A DNA stretch of 32,000 nucleotides, taken from the NCBI RefSeq assembly GCF_000283555.1, contig NC_016012.1, positions 603,517 through 635,516 on the forward strand, written 5' to 3'. A program made the translations under genes and the position numbers. The stretch is from Candidatus Arthromitus sp. SFB-rat-Yit (GTDB lineage: Bacteria > Bacillota > Clostridia > Clostridiales > Clostridiaceae). The notes under the pieces were generated by a model. The model had not been told where the DNA came from and searched no databases. It saw nothing but the letters and a program-made list of their open reading frames with translations. Positions within the stretch are counted from its first letter, which is position 1. The number at the start of each line of letters is the position of its first letter. Positions 18,354 to 26,753 of the stretch are shown here, one piece after another.

Positions 18354-19469
18354 ATGGCGAGAATTATTAAAAATGCATATACTTTTGATGATGTTTTATT
18401 GGTACCAAATAGGTCGGAGATTTTGCCAAATCAAGTTAGTTTAAGAACAAATCTTACTCGGAAAATATCTCTTAATATACCTCTAATGAGTGCTAGTATG
18501 GATACTGTTACAGAGAGTAAAATGGCTATAGCTATGGCTATGAATGGAGGTATAGGAATACTTCATAAAAATATGTCAATTGAGAAACAAGGTAAACAGT
18601 TAGAAATTGTTAAAAATTATGATGGAAAAAAACTAGAGGTATCTTCTTTAGATAGTAAGGGAAGGCTTTTATGCGGTGCATCAATTGGAGTTACTTCAGA
18701 TATGCTTGATAGAGTTAAAGAACTTGTGAGTAAAGAAGTTGATGTTTTGGTTTTAGACACGGCTCATGGGCATTCAAAAGGTGTAATAGAGGAAGTATCT
18801 ATCATAAAACAATTGTATCCAGATGTTCAAATAATTGCTGGAAACATAGCTACAAGTGAAGCTGTATATGATTTAGTTCATGCTGGTGCAGATGCTGTTA
18901 AAGTGGGGATAGGTCCTGGGTCAATATGTACAACTAGAATAGTTGCAGGAGTTGGAGTCCCACAGCTTACTGCCATAATGGATTGTTCAGAAGAAGCTAT
19001 TAATCATAATATACCTTTAATTGCGGATGGTGGAATTAAATATTCTGGTGATATTGTTAAAGCATTAGCAGCTGGTGCAAGTGTAGTTATGCTGGGTTCT
19101 ATTTTTGCTGGGTGTGACGAAGCACCTGGTGAAAAAGTTGTGTTTGGTGAAAGAATATATAAATCATATAGAGGAATGGGATCTCTTGGTGCAATGAATG
19201 ATGGATCAAGTGATAGATACTTCCAAAATGGAAGTAAAAAATTTGTTCCTGAAGGAATTGAAGGCGTTGTTCCATATAAAGGTGAGGTTAGTGAAATAAT
19301 TTATCAGTTAATCGGAGGGATAAAATCAGGAATGGGTTATCTTGGATCTGCAGATATTAAAACCTTATTTAATAATTCAAGATTTGTTGTACAAACTTCC
19401 TCAGGCATAAAAGAAAGTCATCCACATGATATAAGCTTAATGAAAGACGCTCCAAATTATACAAATTAA
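18354..19469 (+). CDS. guaB: IMP dehydrogenase, short form lacking the CBS/Bateman subdomain
   Basis: [40 protein letters not shown], catalytic loop [21 protein letters not shown], flap [10 protein letters not shown]...SDRYFQ...[18 protein letters not shown] 18354 lies 10 nt after AAGGAG. Only about 15 residues ([15 protein letters not shown]) stand where the CBS pair of about 115 aa normally sits. Confidence 0.9.
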   Translation: MARIIKNAYTFDDVLLVPNRSEILPNQVSLRTNLTRKISLNIPLMSASMDTVTESKMAIAMAMNGGIGILHKNMSIEKQGKQLEIVKNYDGKKLEVSSLDSKGRLLCGASIGVTSDMLDRVKELVSKEVDVLVLDTAHGHSKGVIEEVSIIKQLYPDVQIIAGNIATSEAVYDLVHAGADAVKVGIGPGSICTTRIVAGVGVPQLTAIMDCSEEAINHNIPLIADGGIKYSGDIVKALAAGASVVMLGSIFAGCDEAPGEKVVFGERIYKSYRGMGSLGAMNDGSSDRYFQNGSKKFVPEGIEGVVPYKGEVSEIIYQLIGGIKSGMGYLGSADIKTLFNNSRFVVQTSSGIKESHPHDISLMKDAPNYTN

Positions 19470-19510
19470 AAGATAATAAATAAATTTGAAAGTATTATTA
19501 TATTTTTATA

Positions 19511-19539
19511 TTGACTTTTTTAACCAATGATTTTAAGAT
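19511..19539 (+). promoter_or_regulatory. Predicted sigma-A promoter driving the riboswitch-permease-guaA transcript
   Basis: TTGACT (19511-19516), 17 nt spacer, TAAGAT (19534-19539), with an AT-rich UP-like tract upstream. The predicted start is about 15 nt before the aptamer. Confidence 0.5.
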
Positions 19540-19561
19540 TAAACTATTGGTATTGGATTAT

Positions 19562-19628
19562 CCCGTATAAACTCGATAATATGGTTCGAAAGTCTCTACC
19601 TACTTACCTTAAATGAGTAGACTACGGG
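19562..19628 (+). promoter_or_regulatory. Purine riboswitch aptamer, guanine/hypoxanthine class
   Basis: P1 CCCGUA/UACGGG; J1-2 UAAA; L2 AAUAUGG; J2-3 GUCUCUACC; P3 CUACUUA/UGAGUAG (7 bp); L3 CCUUAAA. J3-1 is AC, with C at 19622 in the position of the specificity nucleotide (C74 of B. subtilis xpt). It lies upstream of a purine permease and guaA. Confidence 0.9.
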
Positions 19629-19686
19629 TCGTAATTAAATTGATAGGTTTAAATTTTGTTTTTATATTGATTTATCATGATAATTA

Positions 19687-19730
19687 GGGACTTTCAACTT
19701 TTTAGCTGATAGTCCCATATTATATTTTTT
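19687..19730 (+). terminator. Candidate riboswitch expression-platform terminator
   Basis: GGGACTTTCA (19687-19696) pairs with TGATAGTCCC (19707-19716) with one mismatch. The T6 run at 19725-19730 is 8 nt from the stem, which is further than ideal. I could not trace a convincing antiterminator by eye. Confidence 0.4.
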
Positions 19731-19775
19731 ACTAAATTAATTATTAAATAAAATTAATTGGAGGTATTATTTTCT

Positions 19776-21074
19776 ATGCTGAATAAGTTTTTCAAACTAG
19801 AGGAACACAATACAACGGTATTTAAAGAGTTTGTTGGAGGATTGACAACATTTCTCTCTATGGCTTACATAATTTTCGTTAATCCAAATATTTTATCTGT
19901 TACTGGTATGGATCGAGGAGCAGTATTTACAGCAACAATTTTAGCCGCAGCAATTGGAACTTTAATTATGGGTTTGCATGCTAATTTCCCTGTAGCTCTT
20001 GCTCCTGGAATGGGATTAAATGCATTTTTCGCTTATACAGTTGTATTAATATTAGGTTATACTTGGCAACAAGCTTTAGCAGGAATATTTATATCAGGAA
20101 TTTTATTTATGATATTATCCTTAACTGGTTTGAGAGAAAAAATAATTAATAGTATTCCTACATCTTTGAAGCATGCAGTTGGAACTGGTATTGGATTTTT
20201 TATTGCATTTCTAGGATTTCAAAATTCACAAATTATTGTAAATAATGATTCAACATTAGTTGGATTAGGTAATTTTACAGATTTTAATGTATTGATTGCA
20301 ATTATTGGATTAATCATAACTCTTGTATTGATGGTTAAAAAAATTCCAGCAGCTATATTTATCGGTATGATTGTTACAGCAATTATTGGAATATTTTTGG
20401 GAGTTGTTGATTTGCCACAACAAATTATCGCACCGATACCTTCTATAAGCCAAACTTTTGGCGCACTATTTGAAGCCCTACCTACTATTTTCACAGGAGA
20501 TATTATATTAGTTATATTTTCATTTTTGTTTATAGATTTTTTCGATACAGCAGGAACGTTAATGGCTGTCGGATTTAGAGCAGGATTTGTAAATGAAAAG
20601 GGAGAATTAATGAGAGCTGATAAAGCTTTGTTAGCTGATTCAACAGCAACGGTAATTGGATCAATTTTAGGAACATCTTCTACAACATCTTTTGTTGAGT
20701 CTTTGGCAGGTGTTGAAGCCGGTGCTAAAACTGGACTTGCATCTGTATTTACATCGATATTTTTCTTGCTTATGTTGTTTTGTTCGGGACTTTTAACAGT
20801 TGTTACACCTGCGATTACTGCTCCAGCACTTATTACAGTTGGTATTTTGATGGCATCATCATTGAGTAATATTGAGTGGAATAAAATCGAGATAGCGATT
20901 CCAGCATTTATGACTATTATTATGATGGTACTTGGATATTCTATATCTGAAGGTATTGCATCAGGATTTGTTTTATATCCAATTACAATGTGGGCAGCTG
21001 GTAGAAGAAAAGAAGTTCATCCTATAATGTGGCTACTTACCATAATCTTCTTAGTGCATTTTATATTTTTATAA
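19776..21074 (+). CDS. NCS2/AzgA-family purine permease (guanine/hypoxanthine/adenine; PbuG/PbuO-like)
   Basis: [40 protein letters not shown] is the typical N-terminus of this family. About 12 predicted TM segments. It lies directly downstream of a guanine riboswitch. ATG 19776 follows GGAGG (19760-19764). Confidence 0.85.
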   Translation: MLNKFFKLEEHNTTVFKEFVGGLTTFLSMAYIIFVNPNILSVTGMDRGAVFTATILAAAIGTLIMGLHANFPVALAPGMGLNAFFAYTVVLILGYTWQQALAGIFISGILFMILSLTGLREKIINSIPTSLKHAVGTGIGFFIAFLGFQNSQIIVNNDSTLVGLGNFTDFNVLIAIIGLIITLVLMVKKIPAAIFIGMIVTAIIGIFLGVVDLPQQIIAPIPSISQTFGALFEALPTIFTGDIILVIFSFLFIDFFDTAGTLMAVGFRAGFVNEKGELMRADKALLADSTATVIGSILGTSSTTSFVESLAGVEAGAKTGLASVFTSIFFLLMLFCSGLLTVVTPAITAPALITVGILMASSLSNIEWNKIEIAIPAFMTIIMMVLGYSISEGIASGFVLYPITMWAAGRRKEVHPIMWLLTIIFLVHFIFL

Positions 21075-21112
21075 TTAAATTAGTAAAGAAATATTTTATT
21101 AGGAGTGATCAA

Positions 21113-22645
21113 ATGAAGAGTGATCAAGTGGTAGTTATTGATTTTGGAAGTCAATATAATCAATTAATTTGTCGACGTATTAGGGAACTTGGAGTTTATA
21201 GTGAGTTAAAATCTCATAAAATAATGGCACAAGATATTAAGAAATTGACAAATGTTAAAGGTATTATATTAAGCGGTAGTCCAAATACTGTTACGGATAA
21301 AGATTCATTTGGTATGGATCCAGAAATACTTAATCTCGGAATACCTGTTATGGGGATTTGTTATGGGATGCAACTTATAACGTATATGAATGGTGGAATT
21401 GTTGAAAAAGCATCTGAGAGAGAGTATGGAAAAACTGAAATTAAAACTAATAAAGATGGGATTTTTGAAAACCTCCCAGAAGATCAAATTGTTTGGATGA
21501 GTCATGGGTATCATGTTAAAACTTTACCTTTAGGTTTTAAAGTTAGTGCTAGCAGTGAATCTTGTCCAATTGCTGGAGCATTCAATGAAGATAAGAATAT
21601 ACATTTAGTTCAATTCCACCCAGAGGTTGAACATTCTGTGTATGGAACTGAAATTTTAAAGAATTTTATATTTAAGATCTGTAAGGCTGAAGCAAATTGG
21701 TCAATGAGTAATTTTGTTGAGGATCAAATTGTTAATATAAGAGAGCAGGTTGGAGATAAAAAAGTTTTGTGTGCTCTTAGTGGAGGGGTTGATTCTTCTG
21801 TTGTTGCAGCACTCATTTATAAAGCTATTGGTAATCAATTATTATGTATGTTTATTGATAATGGACTTCTTCGTGAAGGGGAGGCTCAGTCAGTTGTTGA
21901 TACTTTTGATGGAAAATTCAAAATGAATTTTGTTAAAGTTGATGCTCAGGAGAGATTTTTAAATAAATTAAAGGGAGTTTCTGACCCTGAACAAAAACGC
22001 AAGATCATAGGTAATGAATTTGTATTTTGTTTTGAAGAAGAAACATCGAAGTTAAACGATTTTGAATTTTTGGCTCAGGGGACTCTCTACACTGATGTTA
22101 TAGAGTCAGGAACTAGTACAGCACAAACAATAAAATCCCATCATAATGTTGGCGGACTTCCAGAAAACATGAAATTTAAATTGATTGAACCATTAAATAC
22201 GCTTTTTAAAGATGAGGTTAGGGAACTTGGATTGGAACTTGGATTGCCTGAGAGCATTGTTTATCGCCAGCCATTCCCAGGACCAGGGCTCGGTATAAGG
22301 GTCATTGGAGAAGTTACAGAAGAAAAACTTAAAATATTAAAACAAGCAGATAAAATTTTAAGAGATGAAATTGAAAAGGCAGGTCTTAATAGAGAGATAT
22401 GGCAATATTTTGCTTGTCTGACAAATATGAAGTCCGTTGGTGTTATGGGCGATGAAAGAACTTATAGTTATACAGTTGCTTTGAGAGCTGTTATATCAAG
22501 TGATGGAATGACTTCGGATTGGGCGAGAATTCCGTATGAAGTTCTTGATGTTATTTCAAGACGTATAGTTAATGAGGTTAATGATGTGAATAGGATTGTT
22601 TATGATATTACTTCAAAACCACCATCAACAATAGAATTTGAATAA
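21113..22645 (+). CDS. guaA: GMP synthase (glutamine-hydrolysing)
   Basis: GATase domain ([38 protein letters not shown]); ATP-PPase P-loop SGGVDSSV; C-terminal [24 protein letters not shown] 21113 follows AGGAG (21101-21105). The ORF-track extension overlaps the permease. Confidence 0.95.
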   Translation: MKSDQVVVIDFGSQYNQLICRRIRELGVYSELKSHKIMAQDIKKLTNVKGIILSGSPNTVTDKDSFGMDPEILNLGIPVMGICYGMQLITYMNGGIVEKASEREYGKTEIKTNKDGIFENLPEDQIVWMSHGYHVKTLPLGFKVSASSESCPIAGAFNEDKNIHLVQFHPEVEHSVYGTEILKNFIFKICKAEANWSMSNFVEDQIVNIREQVGDKKVLCALSGGVDSSVVAALIYKAIGNQLLCMFIDNGLLREGEAQSVVDTFDGKFKMNFVKVDAQERFLNKLKGVSDPEQKRKIIGNEFVFCFEEETSKLNDFEFLAQGTLYTDVIESGTSTAQTIKSHHNVGGLPENMKFKLIEPLNTLFKDEVRELGLELGLPESIVYRQPFPGPGLGIRVIGEVTEEKLKILKQADKILRDEIEKAGLNREIWQYFACLTNMKSVGVMGDERTYSYTVALRAVISSDGMTSDWARIPYEVLDVISRRIVNEVNDVNRIVYDITSKPPSTIEFE

Positions 22646-22651
22646 AAAATT

Positions 22652-22685
22652 TGCCGAGTAATGTTATGTTACTCGGCATTATTAT
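22652..22685. terminator. Bidirectional terminator between convergent guaA and the lipoprotein gene
   Basis: TGCCGAGTAA (22652-22661) pairs with TTACTCGGCA (22669-22678): 10 bp, loop of 7. It is flanked by an A-run upstream and T-rich sequence downstream. Confidence 0.7.
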
Positions 22686-23216
22686 TTATTTAACATCGTT
22701 TATTATTTCTACTAATGGTTCTATATCTAGAGGATTATTTGTTGTAATGGAAAATGTATGATTTCCACTTGTCCAAGTTGCTACACTAACTTTTCCATTA
22801 TTTCCTTTTGTTGTTATTTCCAAATTGTTTAAAGAAAGTTTGTTAATTTCTTTATAATTATTGTAATCGCCACTTATGTCTTCAGTCCCAAATGCTTTTC
22901 GAATAGATAGGGTATTATCATTTGCGTTAGAGTTTTTGTTGTAATAAATTGTTTGAATTGTTTTTGTACTAATAACTGAATATTTTTTGTCTTCATATCC
23001 ATCGATTGTGTCAGGTACAGAAAATTCAAAATTGCATGCTTTTACAGCTTCTTCAAGAGTTTCATATTCTACTATTGGATTAGGTAATTGAACATTTTCA
23101 TTATTTGATATAACGGTGTTGTTATTTGATATGTCTTTATTTTTATTTGAACTGCCACAAGATGCTATAGTAATTGAAATTAATGCACATATGATAGGTA
23201 AAGCTAATTTTTTCAT
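22686..23216 (-). CDS. Putative lipoprotein, function unknown
   Basis: Signal peptide plus lipobox MKKLALPIICALISITIAS-C. Asn/Ser-rich linker, then a beta-rich domain. SD AAGGAAG 10 nt upstream. Confidence 0.72.
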   Translation of the reverse strand: MKKLALPIICALISITIASCGSSNKNKDISNNNTVISNNENVQLPNPIVEYETLEEAVKACNFEFSVPDTIDGYEDKKYSVISTKTIQTIYYNKNSNANDNTLSIRKAFGTEDISGDYNNYKEINKLSLNNLEITTKGNNGKVSVATWTSGNHTFSITTNNPLDIEPLVEIINDVK

Positions 23217-23343
23217 ATTTGTTTTACTTCCTTGTGTTAAAAAAATATAAACTGTTTACTGGGATGTATTATATATAAAATTTTTTAAAAAGTCTATTGT
23301 AAATCTTTCTTAATTTTCCAATAAATAATCTAAAGTCTCGCAC

Positions 23344-23384
23344 ATAAGGAAATAAAAATTGGAACAACTTAATTATAAGGAAAT
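23344..23384 (+). repeat. Direct repeat ATAAGGAAAT x2 in the flagellin 5' leader
   Basis: Identical 10-mers at 23344-23353 and 23375-23384. A further GGA lies at 23361-23363 and the SD AGAGG at 23393-23397. Confidence 0.55.
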
Positions 23385-23407
23385 GAATTTTTAGAGGTAT
23401 TAAGATT

Positions 23408-24595
23408 ATGATAATAAATAACAATATTAATGCGATGAATGCACATAGAAATATGGCTAATATAACAGTCACTCAAGGAAAGTCAATGGAAAAATTGAGT
23501 TCGGGATTAAGGATAAATAAAGCATCAGATGATTCAGCAGGTCTTGCAATTTCTGAAAATATGAGATCACAAATAAGAGGACTTAATCAGTCGTATAGAA
23601 ATGCACAAGATGGAATTTCGATGATTCAGATAGCTGAAGGAGCATTATCTGAAACTCATTCAATTGGGCAGAGAATGAGGGAGCTTGCAGTTCAATCAGC
23701 AAACGGAAGTTACACAGATGAGGATAGAAAATTGATAAATGAAGAGTTTAAAAATTTAAAATCTGAGATTGATAGAATTTCAGAGGATACAGAATTTAAT
23801 GGTAATAAGATTATTAATGGAAATATTTCGGGAAAAGAAATTAAGACTTGTGATAATAGTAAAGTTCAGATTACTGGAGATGTTACAGATCCCAACAAAA
23901 TTAGTCAAGTAATGAAAGAAGTAGATCCAGATGAGCTATCAAAACTTGGAGAGGGAACATTTGACTTAATACTTACTAAAAATAAATTTGATGTAACAAT
24001 TAGTATAGTGGATAGATCACATTTCAATGGCGGTAAGCCATATGTTATGGATAGTGTATTTATAGAGAATCCTACAAATATTGAAGTTGTAAAATTAGCT
24101 GGTATTAATTTGAAGTTTAATAATATACAGGCTACTTCTCCACACCTTACTAGTGGAAAGGAAATGAAAATTTCTTTTTCAAACGATGCTAAAAAAATAT
24201 CTAATGGGGTTGATTTCCAAATAGGTGCAAATGAAGGTCAAATGGTTGGACTTAATATTGAAAATATGAGAAGCCGTGAACTTGGACTTGGTGGGATTGA
24301 TGTATCAACAATAGAAAACTCAAAAGAGGCGATTGAAAGGTTAGATATAGCAATTTTTAGAGTATCTGATCAAAGGGCTAATCTAGGGGCTATGCAAAAT
24401 AGACTTGAACATACTTTGTCATCAGTTGGGAACACTGCAGAGAATTTACAAGCAGCGGAATCAAGAATAAGGGATGTTGATATGGCAAAAGAGATGATGA
24501 ATTTAACAAAATTAAATATTCTTCAACAAGCATCTCAATCGATGCTTGCACAAGCAAATCAGTTGCCTCAACAAGTTATGTCGATTTTAAAATAA
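23408..24595 (+). CDS. fliC: Flagellin
   Basis: Conserved N-terminal D0/D1 (MIINNNINAMNAHRNM...LSSGLRINKASDDSAGLAISE...NAQDGISMIQIAEGAL...RELAVQSANG) and C-terminal D1/D0 (LGAMQNRLEHT...AESRIRDVDMAKEM...ILQQASQSMLAQANQLPQQVMSIL), with a variable central region. Confidence 0.93.
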   Translation: MIINNNINAMNAHRNMANITVTQGKSMEKLSSGLRINKASDDSAGLAISENMRSQIRGLNQSYRNAQDGISMIQIAEGALSETHSIGQRMRELAVQSANGSYTDEDRKLINEEFKNLKSEIDRISEDTEFNGNKIINGNISGKEIKTCDNSKVQITGDVTDPNKISQVMKEVDPDELSKLGEGTFDLILTKNKFDVTISIVDRSHFNGGKPYVMDSVFIENPTNIEVVKLAGINLKFNNIQATSPHLTSGKEMKISFSNDAKKISNGVDFQIGANEGQMVGLNIENMRSRELGLGGIDVSTIENSKEAIERLDIAIFRVSDQRANLGAMQNRLEHTLSSVGNTAENLQAAESRIRDVDMAKEMMNLTKLNILQQASQSMLAQANQLPQQVMSILK

Positions 24596-24857
24596 TAAAA
24601 CTATCTCCTTTTTAGATTCTTAAATATTTAATCAGAATGTCATTAGGATAACATAACATAATTCTACATTTTTTTGTAAATTTAATATAGACAATAAAAA
24701 CAATTTTATATTAAAATGTACATATAACGATTTAATTTTGGCATTTTGATTGAAAAACATAATGATTCTTTACGTTTTTTTAATGTAGTTTTTAATAAAT
24801 AGTTTTTACAGCTATTTATTTTAAAATATAAACCATTATATAAAAAGGAGATAAATT

Positions 24858-25931
24858 ATGAGAAAGCATGTTACACGTATACTAACTTCTGGTTTTTTGG
24901 CATTATCACTTTTAACTGGTTGCGTGGGGTCACCTTCAACTAATGAATCAAATACTTCATCAAGTTCATCCAATACAACAACAAGTGTTAAAAAAATTGA
25001 CAAATTAAATATTGCATTTGTTCCTTCAAAAGATCCAGAACAAATTATTACAGCAACAGAACCATTAAAAGAAATGCTTAAAGATGAATTAAGCAAGCAA
25101 GGTTATTCAATTGGAGAAGTTAATATTTCAGTCGGGACAAACTATGAGGCTGTAGGAGAGGCTTTGGTGTCTGGTACTGTTGATGTTGGATTTATTCCAG
25201 GTGGTACATATGTGTTGTATGATGATGGTGCAGAGGTACTGTTAACAGCTACAAGAGATGCGCTTAATCACAGCTCTGAAAACCCAATTGATTGGAATCA
25301 ATCACCTACAGAATACATACCACAACAAGCTACTTCATATAGATCGCTTCTTATTGCTGGACCTTCTGCTAAAGGTAAAGAGCTTAGTGAGAAGATAAAT
25401 AATGGACAAGATTTAACATGGGAAGATTTAAATAGTGCAAAGTGGGCTGTAATGAGTCCAACATCGTCTGCAGGATATATTTATCCAACATTATTTTTAA
25501 ATGATAAATATGGAAAAACTGTAGCAGATTTAACTAATAAAGTTCAATCTGATTCTTATGGAAGTTCTGTTGCGAGATTGGCTGCTGAGCAAGTTGATGT
25601 TATAACAGTTTTTGCTGATGCAAGAATTGATTATGCTGAAAAATGGACAAATGAATATGGGCGTACAAGTCAAATTTGGGATGAAACAAATGTTATAGGT
25701 GTAGCTGCTCCGATTTATAATGATACGATAAGTGTAAGTAAAAATTCTCCTATTATGACACCTGAATTCAATAATGCATTTGCTACAGCAATGATAAATA
25801 TAGCAAATACTGATGAAGGTAAAAAGGTTATTTCATTTTATAGTCATAAAGGATATGAACGTGCTCAATCTGCCGATTATGATAATGAAAGAAGGGTTCA
25901 GAAGCTTATTCGTGAACTAAAATCTCAGTAA
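24858..25931 (+). CDS. phnD: PhnD-family ABC transporter substrate-binding lipoprotein (phosphonate/phosphite/organophosphate)
   Basis: Lipobox LSLLTG-C with a Ser/Thr-rich tether. LNIAFVPSKDPEQI...VDVGFIPGGTYV...SSAGYIYP is the PhnD-family pattern. It is followed by phnC and two phnE genes. Confidence 0.82.
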   Translation: MRKHVTRILTSGFLALSLLTGCVGSPSTNESNTSSSSSNTTTSVKKIDKLNIAFVPSKDPEQIITATEPLKEMLKDELSKQGYSIGEVNISVGTNYEAVGEALVSGTVDVGFIPGGTYVLYDDGAEVLLTATRDALNHSSENPIDWNQSPTEYIPQQATSYRSLLIAGPSAKGKELSEKINNGQDLTWEDLNSAKWAVMSPTSSAGYIYPTLFLNDKYGKTVADLTNKVQSDSYGSSVARLAAEQVDVITVFADARIDYAEKWTNEYGRTSQIWDETNVIGVAAPIYNDTISVSKNSPIMTPEFNNAFATAMINIANTDEGKKVISFYSHKGYERAQSADYDNERRVQKLIRELKSQ

Positions 25932-25944
25932 TTTTTAAATTTAT

Positions 25945-25970
25945 GGCGGGGACGAGTCCTCGCCTTTTTT
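25945..25970 (+). terminator. GC-rich intra-operon hairpin plus T6 between phnD and phnC (attenuating terminator)
   Basis: GGCGGGGA (25945-25952) pairs with TCCTCGCC (25957-25964): 8 bp including one G-U, with a CGAG tetraloop, followed by TTTTTT. It is strikingly GC-rich for this AT-rich window. Confidence 0.7.
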
Positions 25971-26000
25971 ATGAATAAAAAATGAGAGGATTAATTTATA

Positions 26001-26753
26001 ATGATAGAATTTAATAACGTTTCCAAAGTATATCCTAATGGTACTAAAGGACTTGATAATGTTAATCTTAAGATAGATAAAGGAGAATTTGTAGCAATCA
26101 TCGGGTTATCTGGTGCAGGTAAATCAACTTTAATAAGAACAATAAACAGAATGATTGATATTACAGATGGAAATTTAATTGTGAATGGTAAGGATGTAAA
26201 ATCATTAAAAGGAAAACAGCTTAGAGAATTTAGGCGAAAGATTGGTATGATTTTTCAATCATTTAATTTGGTAACTCGTACGACTGTTATAAAAAATGTT
26301 TTAACAGCAAAGGTACCCGAAATTTCATTTATAAGATCAGTATTTGGAATTTTTACAAAAGAGGAAAAGATTCAAGCTTTGGAAGCTTTGGATAAGATGG
26401 GAATTGTTGATAAGGCATTTATAAGAGCAGATCAACTTTCAGGAGGACAGCAACAGAGAGTTGCATTATCGAGAACCCTTGCACAAAATCCTGAGATAAT
26501 TTTAGCTGATGAACCTGTTGCAGCTTTGGATCCGATTACAGCTAGAAAAGTTATGGAAGATTTTAAGAAGATAAATAAAGAGATGGATATTTCAATTTTG
26601 ATTAATATCCACCATGTTGAACTTGCACTTAATTATGCAGATAGAATTGTGGGAATTAGAGATGGGAAAATAGTTTATGATGGACCTTCATCTGATGTGA
26701 CAGAAGAAATATTAGAGAATATTTACAAAGGCAAGGTGGAGGTGGTTGCGTGA
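26001..26753 (+). CDS. phnC: Phosphonate-type ABC transporter ATP-binding protein
   Basis: Walker A GLSGAGKST, signature LSGGQQQRV, Walker B ILADEP. The N-terminus IEFNNVSKVYPNGTKGLDNVNL is typical of PhnC. Confidence 0.9.
   Translation: MIEFNNVSKVYPNGTKGLDNVNLKIDKGEFVAIIGLSGAGKSTLIRTINRMIDITDGNLIVNGKDVKSLKGKQLREFRRKIGMIFQSFNLVTRTTVIKNVLTAKVPEISFIRSVFGIFTKEEKIQALEALDKMGIVDKAFIRADQLSGGQQQRVALSRTLAQNPEIILADEPVAALDPITARKVMEDFKKINKEMDISILINIHHVELALNYADRIVGIRDGKIVYDGPSSDVTEEILENIYKGKVEVVA

Noticed and set aside
18354-19469. Alternative reading of the short GuaB-like protein as GMP reductase (GuaC), which also lacks CBS domains.
   Set aside because: The protein keeps IMPDH-specific features: [11 protein letters not shown], the long mobile flap with [10 protein letters not shown]...SDRYFQ...KFVPEGIEG, and ESHPHD. 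It aligns end to end with GuaB on both sides of the missing module, and GuaC-type sequences differ in these regions.
2050-21112. N-terminal extensions in the ORF track: coaD from 2050, coiled-coil gene from 2564, tmcAL to 6565, pta from 6645, plsX from 9737, acpP from 10811, rnc from 11086, spoVS from 11997, cmk fusion from 15055, RNase H from 17670, guaB from 18345, permease from 19758, guaA from 21029.
   Set aside because: In each case a downstream ATG/GTG/TTG has a properly spaced GGAG-type SD and reproduces the canonical family N-terminus. The longest-ORF start overlaps the upstream gene, a terminator or the SD itself.
23217-23407. Looked for a sigma-D/sigma-28 promoter (TAAA-N15-GCCGATAA type) upstream of the flagellin gene.
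   Set aside because: A CTAAAG at 23330-23335 resembles the -35, but no CCGATA-like -10 follows at any reasonable spacing. A weak sigma-A-like TTGTAA-18-ATAAAT is possible but unconvincing, so no promoter is called.
23269-23472. A 67-aa very hydrophobic minus-strand ORF overlapping the flagellin start and leader.
   Set aside because: It overlaps the flagellin coding start on the opposite strand, has no SD, and its composition reflects the T-rich antisense of an AT-rich leader. It is most likely spurious.
24645-24690. Possible PhoP/Pho-box-like repeats (ATAACATAACATAATTCTACATTTTTTTGTAAA) upstream of phnD.
   Set aside because: The hexamers match TT(A/T/C)ACA only loosely and their spacing is not the regular 11-bp phasing expected. 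This is indistinguishable from chance in AT-rich DNA.
24601-24854. Inverted copies of AAAAAGGAGATA (24601-24613 as its reverse complement, 24843-24854 direct) bracketing the flagellin-phnD intergenic region.
   Set aside because: The downstream copy is simply the phnD SD region. The upstream copy has no start codon after it on the minus strand. A 12-nt match 240 bp apart in AT-rich sequence is not evidence of a mobile-element boundary.
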